From Macrostomum lignano (lineage: Eukaryota): DNA of 46,111 bases. The stretch covers positions 1-46,111 of the forward strand of contig NIVC01004433.1 of assembly GCA_002269645.1 (NCBI GenBank), read 5' to 3'. Below, piece after piece: positions 36,601 to 46,111 of this stretch. The stretch's first letter is position 1, and every line of letters starts with the position of its first letter. The position numbers were made by a program, and so were the translations under genes. The notes under the pieces are model-generated. The model ran no database searches. It saw nothing but the letters and a program-made list of their open reading frames with translations, and was not told the DNA's origin.

Positions 36601-39600
36601 AAGCGTCATGTAAACAATCATAGAAGCGTCATGTAAACAATCATCGAAGCGTCATCTAAAAAGTCATAGAAGCGTCTTGTAAAAATCATAGGAGCGTCAT
36701 CTAAAAAGTGATAGAAGCGTCATGAAAAAATCATAGGAGCGTCATGTAAACAATCATCGAAGCGTCATGTAAACAATCATAGAAGCGTCATGTAAACAAT
36801 CATAGAAGCGTCATGAAAAAAATCATAGAAGCGCCATGTACACAATCATAGAAGCGTCATGTAAACAATCATCGAAGCGTCATGTAAACAATCATAGAAG
36901 CGTCATGTAAACAATCATAGAAGCGTCATGTAAAAAATCATAGGAGCGTCATGTAAACAATCATAGAATCGTCATGTAAACAATCATAGAAGCGTCATGT
37001 AAAAAATCATAGAAGCGCCATGTACACAATCATAGAAGCGTCATGTAAACAATCATAGAAGCGTCATGTAAACAATCATAGAAGCGTCATGTAAACAATC
37101 ATCGAAGCGTCATCTAAAAAGTCATAGAAGCGTCATGTAAACAATCATAGAAGCGTCATGTAAACAATCATAAAAGCGTCATGTAAACAATCATAGAAGC
37201 GTCATGTAAACAATCATAGAAGCGTCATGTAAACAATCATAGAAGCGTCATGTAAACAATCATAGAAGCGTCATGTAAAAAATCATAGAAGCGTCATGTA
37301 AACAATCATAGAAGCGTCATGTAAAAAATCATAGAAACGTCATGTAAAAAATCATAGAAGCGCCATGTACGCAATCATAGAAGCGTCATGTAAACAATCA
37401 TAGAAGCGTCATGTAAACAATCATAGAAGCGTCATGTAAAAAATCATGGAAGCGCCATGTACACAATCATAGAAGCGCCATGTACACAATCATAGAAGCG
37501 TCATGTAAACAATCATAGAAGCGTCATGTAAACAATCATAGAAGCGTCATGAAAATAATCATAGAAGCGTCATGTAAACAATCATAGAAGCGTCATTTAA
37601 ACAATCATCGAAGCGTCATCTAAAAAGTCATAGAAGCGTCTTGTAAAAATCATAGGAGCGTCATCTAAAAAGTCATAGAAGCGTCATGAAAAAATCATAG
37701 GAGCGTCATCTAAAAAGTTATAGAAGCGTCATGTAAACAATCATAGAAGCGTCATGTAAACAATCATAGAAGCGTCATGTAAACAATCATAGAAGCGTCA
37801 TGTAAACAATCATAGAAGCGTCATGTAAACAATCATAGAAGCGTCATGTAAACAATCATAGAAGCGTCATGTACACAATCATAGAAGCGTCATGTAAACA
37901 ATCATAGAAGCGTCATGTAAACAATCATCGAAGCGTCATGTAAACAATCATAGAAGCGTCATGTAAACAATCATAGAAGCGTCATGTAAACAATCATAGG
38001 AGCGTCATGTAAAAAATCATAGAATCGTCATGTAAACAATCATAGAAGCGTCATGTAAACAATCATAGAAGCGTCATGTAAAAAATCATAGAAGCATCAT
38101 GTAAAAAATCATAGAAGCGCCATGTAAACAATCATAGAAGCGTCATGTAAACAATCATAGAAGCGTCATGTAAACAATCATCGAAGCGTCATCTAAAAAG
38201 TCATAGAAGCGTCATGTAAAAAATCATAGAAGCGCCATGAACACAATCATAAAAGCGTCATGTAAACAATCATAGAAGCGTCATGTAAACAATCATAGAA
38301 GCGTCATGTAAACAATCATAGAAGCGTCATATAAAAAATCATAGAAACGTCATGTAAAAAATCATAGAAGCGCCATGTACGCAATCATAGAAGCGTCATG
38401 TAAACAATCATAGAAGCGTCATGTAAACAATCATAGAAGCGTCATCTAAAAAGTCATAGAAGCGTCATGTAAACAATCATAGAAGCGTCATGTAAATAAT
38501 CATAGAAGCGTCATGTAAACAATCATAGAAGCGTCATGTAAACAATCATCGAAGCGTCATCTAAAAAGTCATAGAAGCGTCTTGTAAAAATCATAGGAGC
38601 GTCATCTAAAAAGTCATAGAAGCGTCATGAAAAAATCATAGGAGCGTCATCTAAAAAGTCATAGAAGCGTCATGTAAACAATCATAGAAGCGTCATGTAA
38701 ACAATCATAGAAGCGTCATGTAAAAAATCATAGAAGCGCCATGTACACAATCATAGAAGCGTCATGTAAACAATCATAGAAGCGTCATGTAAACAATCAT
38801 AGAAGCGTCATCTAAAAAGTCATAGAAGCGTCATGTAAACAATCATAGAAGCGTCATGTAAACAATCATAGAAGCGTCATGTAAACAATCATCGAAGCGT
38901 CATCTAAAAAGTCATAGAAGCGTCTTGTAAAAATCATAGGAGCGTCATCTAAAAAGTCACAGAAGCGTCATGAAAAAATCATAGGAGCGTCATCTAAAAA
39001 GTCATAGAAGCGTCTTGTAAAAATCATAGGAGCGTCATCTAAAAAGTCATAGAAGCGTCATGAAAAAATCATAGGAGCGTCATCTAAAAAGTCATAGAAG
39101 CGTCATGTAAACAATCATAGAAGCGTCATGTAAACAATCATAGAAGCGTCATGTAAACAATCATAGAAGCGTCATGTAAACAATCATAGAAGCGTCATGT
39201 AAACAATCATCGAAGCGTCATGTAAACAATCATAGAAGCGTCATGTAAACAATCATCGAAGCGTCATCTAAAAAGTCATAGAAGCGTCTTGTAAAAATCA
39301 TAGGAGCGTCATCTAAAAAGTGATAGAAGCGTCATGAAAAAATCATAGGAGCGTCATGTAAACAATCATAGAAGCGTCATGTAAACAATCATAGAAGCGT
39401 CATGTAAACAATCATAGAAGCGTCATGTAAACAATCATAGAAGCGCCATGTACACAATCATAGAAGCGTCATGTAAACAATCATAGAAGCGTCATGTAAA
39501 CAATCATAGAAGCGTCATGTAAACAATCATAGAAGCGTCATGTAAACAATCATCGAAGCGTCATCTAAAAAGTCATAGAAGCGTCATGTAAACAATCATA

Positions 39601-42600
39601 GAAGCGTCATGTAAACAATCATAGAAGCGTCATGTAAACAATCATAGAAGCGTCATGTAAACAATCATAGAAGCGTCATGTAAACAATCATAGAAGCGTC
39701 ATGTAAACAATCATAGAAGCGTCATGTAAAAAATCATAGAAGCGTCATGTAAACAATCATAGAAGCGTCATGTAAAAAATCATAGAAACGTCATGTAAAA
39801 AATCATAGAAGCGCCATGTACGCAATCATAGAAGCGTCATGTAAACAATCATAGAAGCGTCATGTAAACAATCATAGAAGCGTCATGTAAAAAATCATGG
39901 AAGCGCCATGTACACAATCATAGAAGCGCCATGTACACAATCATAGAAGCGTCATGTAAACAATCATAGAAGCGTCATGTAAACAATCATAGAAGCGTCA
40001 TGTAAAAAATCATAGAAGCGTCATGAAGCGTCATGTAAAAAATCATAGAAGCGTCATGTAAAAATCATAGAAGCGTCATGTAAAAATCATAGAAGCGTCA
40101 TGTAAATCATAGAAGCGTCATGTAAACAATCATAGAAGCGTCATGTAAACAATCATAGAAGCGTCATTAAACAATCATAGAAGCGTCATGTAAACAATCA
40201 TAGAAGCGTCATGTAAACAATCATAGAAGCGTCATGTAAAAATCATAGAAGCGTCATGTAAACAATCATAGAAGCGTCATGTAAACAATCATAGAAGCGT
40301 CATGTAAACAATCATAGAAGCGTCATGTAAAAATCATAGAAGCGTCATGAAAAATCATAGAAGCGTCATGTAAAAATCATAGAAGCGTCATGTAAAAATC
40401 ATAGAAGCGTCATGTAAACAATCATAGAAGCGTCATGTAAACAATCATAGAAGCGTCATGTAAAAATCATAGAAGCGTCATCTAAAAAGTCATAGAAGCG
40501 TCATGTAAAAATCATAGGAGCGTCATCTAAAAAGTCATAGAAGCGTCATGTAAAAATCATAGAGCGTCATCTAAAAAGTCATAGAAGCGTCATGAAACAA
40601 TCATAGAAGCGTCATGTAAACGAAGTCATAGAAGCGTCATGTAAACAATCATAGAAGCGTCATGTAAACAATCATAGAAGCGTCATGTAAACAATCATAG
40701 AAGCGTCATGTAAACAATCATAGAAGCGTCATGTAAACAATCATAGAAGCGTCATGTAAACAATCATAGAAGCGTCATGTAAACAATCATAGAAGCGTCA
40801 TGTAAACAATCATAGAAGCGTCATGTAAACAATCATAGAAGCGTCATGTAAAAATCATAGAAGCGTCATGTAAAAATCATAGAAGCGTCATCTAAAAAGT
40901 CATAGAAGCGTCATGTAAACAATCATAGAAGCGTCATCTAAAAAGTCATAGAAGCGTCATGTAAAAATCATAGAAGCGTCATGTAAAAAGTCATAGAAGC
41001 GTCATGTAAACAATCATAGAAGCGTCATGTAAAAATCATAGAAGCGTCATGTAAAAAGTCATAGAAGCGTCATGTAAACAATCATAGAAGCGTCATCTAA
41101 AAAGTCATAGAAGCGTCATGAAAAATCATAGAAGCGTCATGTAAAAATCATAGAAGCGTCATCTAAAAAGTCATAGAAGCGTCATGTAAAAATCATAGAG
41201 CGTCATCTAAAAAGTCATAGAAGCGTCATGTAAAAATCATAGAGCGTCATCTAAAAAGTCATAGAAGCGTCATGAAAAATCATAGAGCGTCATCTAAAAA
41301 GTCATAGAAGCGTCATGTAAACAATCATAGAAGCGTCATGTAAACAATCATAGAAGCGTCATGTAAACAATCATAGAAGCGTCATGTAAACAATCATAGA
41401 AGCGTCATGTAAACAATCATAGAAGCGTCATGTAAACAATCATAGAAGCGTCATGTAAACAATCATAGAAGCGTCATGTAAACAATCATAGAAGCGTCAT
41501 GTAAACAATCATAGAACGTCATGTAAACAATCATAGAAGCGTCATGTAAAAAATCATAGAAGCGTCATGTAAACAATCATAGAAGCGTCATGTAAACAAT
41601 CATCGAAGCGTCATCAAAAAGTCATAGAAGCGTCATGAAAAAATCATAGGAGCGTCATCTAAAAAGTCATAGAAGCGTCATGTAAACAATCATAGAAGCG
41701 TCATGTAAAAAATCATAGAAGCGTCATGTAAACAATCATAGAAGCGTCATGTAAACAATCATCGAAGCGTCGTCTAAAAAGTCATAGAAGCGTCATGAAA
41801 AATCATAGGAGCGTCATCTAAAAAGTCATAGAAGCGTCATGTAAACAATCATAGAAGCGTCATGTAAAAAATCATAGAAGCGTCATGTAAACAATCATAG
41901 AAGCGTCATGTAAAAATCATAGAAGCGTCATGTAAACAATCATAGAAGCGTCATGTAAACAATCATCGAAGCGTCATCTAAAAATCATAGAAGCGTCATG
42001 TAAAAATCATAGAAGCGTCATGTAAAAATCATAGAAGCGTCATGTAAACAATCATAGAAGCGTCATGTAAACAATCATAGAAGCGTCATGTAAACAATCA
42101 TAGAAGCGTCATGTAAACAATCATAGAAGCGTCATGTAAAAAATCATAGAAGCGTCATGTAAACAATCATAGAAGCGTCATGTAAACAATCATAGAAGCG
42201 TCATCTAAAAATCATAGAAGCGTCATGTAAACAATCATAGAAGCGTCATGTAAACAATCATAGAAGCGTCATGTAAACAATCATAGAAGCGTCATGTAAA
42301 CGTCATGCGTGTCATGCAATCATAGAAGCGTCATGTAAACAATCATGAAGCGTCATGTAAACAATCATAGAAGCGTCATGTCAATCATAGAAGCGTCATG
42401 TCATAGAAGCGTCATGTAAACAATCATAGAAGCGTCATGTAAACAATCATAGAAGCGTCATGTAAACAATCATAGAAGCGTCATCTAAAAAGTCATAGGA
42501 GCGTCATCTAAAAAGTCATAGAAGCGTCTTGTAAAAATCATAGGAGCGTCATCTAAAAAGTCATAGAAGCGTCATGAAAAAATCATAGAGCGTCATCTAA

Positions 42601-45600
42601 AAAGTCATAGAAGCGTCATGTAAACAATCATAGAAGCGTCATGTAAACAATCATAGAAGCGTCATGTAAACAATCATAGAAGCGTCATGTAAACAATCAT
42701 AGAAGCGTCATGTAAAAAATCATAGAAGCGTCATGTAAAAATCATAGAAGCGTCATGTAAACAATCATAGAAGCGTCATGTAAACAATCATAGAAGCGTC
42801 ATGTAAACAATCATAGAAGCGTCATCTAAAAAGTCATAGAAGCGTCATGTAAACAATCATAGAAGCGTCATGTAAACAATCATAGAAGCGTCATGTAAAC
42901 AATCATAGAAGCGTCATGTAAACAATCATAGAAGCGTCATATAAACAATCATAGAAGCGTCATGTAAACAATCATAGAAGCGTCATGTAAACAATCATAG
43001 AAGCGTCATGTAAAAAATCATAGAAGCGTCATGTAAAAAATCATAGAAGCGCCATGTACGCAATCATAGAAGCGTCATGTAAACAATCATAGAAGCGTCA
43101 TATAAACAATCATAGAAGCGTCATCTAAAAAGTCATAGAAGCGTCATGTAAACAATCATAGAAGCGTCATGTAAACAATCATAGAAGCGTCATGTAAAAA
43201 ATCATAGAAGCGTCATGTAAAAATCATAGAAGCGTCATGTACAATCATAGAAGCGTCATGTAAACAATCATAGAAGCGTCATGTAAACAATCATAGAAGC
43301 GTCATGTAAAAATCATGGAAGCGCATGTACACAATCATAGAAGCGTCATGTACAATCATAGAAGCGTCATGTAAACAATCATAGAAGCGTCATGTAAACA
43401 ATCATAGAAGCGTCATGTAAACAATCATAGAAGCGTCATGTAAACAATCATAGAAGCGTCATGTAAACAATCATCGAAGCGTCATCTAAAAAGTCATAGA
43501 AGCGTCTTGTAAAAATCATAGGAGCGTCATCTAAAAAGTCATAGAAGCGTCATGAAAAAATCATAGGAGCGTCATCTAAAAAGTTATAGAAGCGTCATGT
43601 AAACAATCATAGAAGCGTCATGTAAACAATCATCGAAGCGTCATCTAAAAAGTCATAGAAGCGTCTTGTAAAAATCATAGGAGCGTCATCTAAAAAGTCA
43701 TAGAAGCGTCATGTAAAAATCATAGGAGCGTCATCTAAAAAGTCATAGAAGCGTCATGTAAACAATCATAGAAGCGTCATGTAAACAATCATAGAAGCGT
43801 CATGTAAACAATCATAGAAGCGTCATGTAAACAATCATAGAAGCGTCATGTAAACAATCATAGAAGCGTCATGTAAACAATCATAGAAGCGTCATGTAAA
43901 CAATCATAGAAGCGTCATGTAAACAATCATAGAAGCGTCATGTAAAAATCATAGGAGCGTCATCTAAAAATCATAGAAGCGTCATGTAAAAAATCATAGA
44001 GCGTCATCTAAAAATCATAGAAGCGTCATGAAAAAATCATAGAGCGTCATCTAAAAATCATAGAAGCGTCATGTAAACAATCATAGAAGCGTCATGTAAA
44101 CAATCATAGAAGCGTCATGTAAACAATCATAGAAGCGTCATGTAAACAATCATAGAAGCGTCATGTAAAAATCATAGAAGCGTCATGTAACAATCATAGA
44201 AGCGTCATGTAAACAATCATAGAAGCGTCATGTAAACAATCATAGAAGCGTCATGTAAACAATCATAGAAGCGTCATGTAAACAATCATAGAAGCGTCAT
44301 GTAAACAATCATAGAAGCGTCATGTAAAAATCATAGAAGCGTCATGTAAACAATCATAGAAGCGTCATGTAAAAATCATAGAAGCGTCATGTAAACAATC
44401 ATAGAAGCGTCATGTAAACAATCATAGAAGCGTCATGTAAAAAATCATAGAAGCGTCATGTAAAAATCATAGGAAGCGTCATCTAAAAAGTCATAGAAGC
44501 GTCATGAAAAAATCATAGCGTCATCTAAAAATCATAGAAGCGTCATGTAAACAATCATAGAAGCGTCATGTAAACAATCATAGAAGCGTCATGTAAAAAT
44601 CATAGAAGCGTCATGTAAACAAATCATAGAAGCGTCATGTAAACAATCATAGAAGCGTCATGTAAAAAATCATAGAAGCGTCATCTAAAAATCATAGAAG
44701 CGTCATGTAAACAATCATAGAAGCGTCATGTAAACAATCATAGAAGCGTCATGTAAACAATCATAGAAGCGTCATCTAAAAATCATAGAAGCGTCATGTA
44801 AAAATCATAGGCGTCATGTAAAAAGTCATAGAAGCGTCATGTAAAAATCATAGAAGCGTCATCTAAAAAGTCATAGAAGCGTCATGTAAAAATCATAGAG
44901 CGTCATCTAAAAAGTCATAGAAGCGTCATGAAAAATCATAGAGCGTCATCTAAAAATCATAGAAGCGTCATGTAAACAATCATAGAAGCGTCATGTAAAC
45001 AATCATAGAAGCGTCATGTAAACAATCATAGAAGCGTCATGTAAACAATCATAGAAGCGTCATGTAAACAATCATAGAAGCGTCATGTAAACAATCATAG
45101 AAGCGTCATGTAAACAATCATAGAAGCGTCATCTAAAAAGTCATAGAAGCGTCATGTAAAATCATAGGCGTCATCTAAAAAGTCATAGAAGCGTCATGTA
45201 AAAATCATAGAGCGTCATGTAAACAATCATAGAAGCGTCATGTAAACAATCATAGAAGCGTCATGTAAACAATCATAGAAGCGTCATGTAAAATCATAGA
45301 AGCGTCATGTAAACAATCATAGAAGCGTCATGTAAACAATCATAGAAGCGTCATGTAAACAATCATAGAAGCGTCATGTAAACAATCATAGAAGCGTCAT
45401 GTAAAAATCATAGAAGCGTCATGTAAACAATCATAGAAGCGTCATGTAAACAATCATAGAAGCGTCATGTAAAAATCATAGAAGCGTCATGTAAACAATC
45501 ATAGAAGCGTCATGTAAACAATCATAGAAGCGTCATGTAAACAATCATAGAAGCGTCATGTAAACAATCATAGAAGCGTCATCTAAAAATCATAGAAGCG

Positions 45601-46111
45601 TCATGTAAAAAATCATAGAAGCGTCATGTAACAATCATAGAAGCGTCATGTAAACAATCATAGAAGCGTCATGTAAACAATCATAGAAGCGTCATGTAAA
45701 CAATCATAGAAGCGTCATGTAACAATCATAGAAGCGTCATGTAAAAATCATAGAAGCGTCATGTAAACAATCATAGAAGCGTCATGTAAAAATCATAGAA
45801 CGTCATGTAAAAAATCATAGAAGCGTCATGTACAATCATAGAAGCGTCATGTAAACAATCATAGAAGCGTCATGTAAACAATCATAGAAGCGTCATGTAA
45901 AAAATCATAGAAGCGCCATGTAACAATCATAGAAGCGTCATGTAACAATCATAGAAGCGTCATGTAAACAATCATAGAAGCGTCATGTAAACAATCATAG
46001 AAGCGTCATGTAAAAATCATAGAAGCGTCATGTAAACAATCATAGAAGCGTCATGTAAAATCATAGAAGCGTCATGTAAAAAATCATAGAAGCGCATGTA
46101 ACAATCATAGA
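33670..46111. repeat. 23-bp tandem satellite, more than 500 copies, open at the right window edge
   Basis: Unit ATCATAGAAGCGTCATGTAAACA (period 23, e.g. 33801 and 33824) with recurrent variants (CTAAAAAGT, GGAG, CGAAG, GCCATGTACAC). Confidence 0.99.

Overview
Eukaryotic (invertebrate animal) genomic DNA, not prokaryotic. It has GT-AG introns, signal-peptide genes, many minisatellites and nested transposons. Its style resembles the flatworm Macrostomum lignano, but that is an unverified inference. The window is a gene island between two satellites: a 46-bp repeat at the left end and a 12.4-kb array of a 23-bp repeat at the right end. It holds six paralogous loci for a secreted protein built from a degenerate PAN/apple-like module, a Cys cluster and an N-truncated fibrinogen C-terminal (FBG/FReD) domain. 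Three are intact, one has a 1-bp frameshift and two are inverted pseudogenes. Also present are two secreted single-WSC-domain loci (one intact, one frameshifted) and a single-exon prepropeptide predicted to release an amidated His/Arg-containing peptide. Mobile DNA comprises an internally deleted Ty3/gypsy element with a 5-bp TSD, a LOA/R1-like LINE interrupted by an intron-containing Crypton-type tyrosine-recombinase element, a Penelope-like element with a hammerhead ribozyme between two (TTAG)n tracts, and a foldback/MITE family. The strongest signal is in the FReD paralogs: they are near-identical (introns included) over a mosaic of tracts, yet highly divergent in the predicted ligand-binding P subdomain. 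This suggests a diversifying secreted recognition array. All exon structures were derived by hand and no database searches were run.
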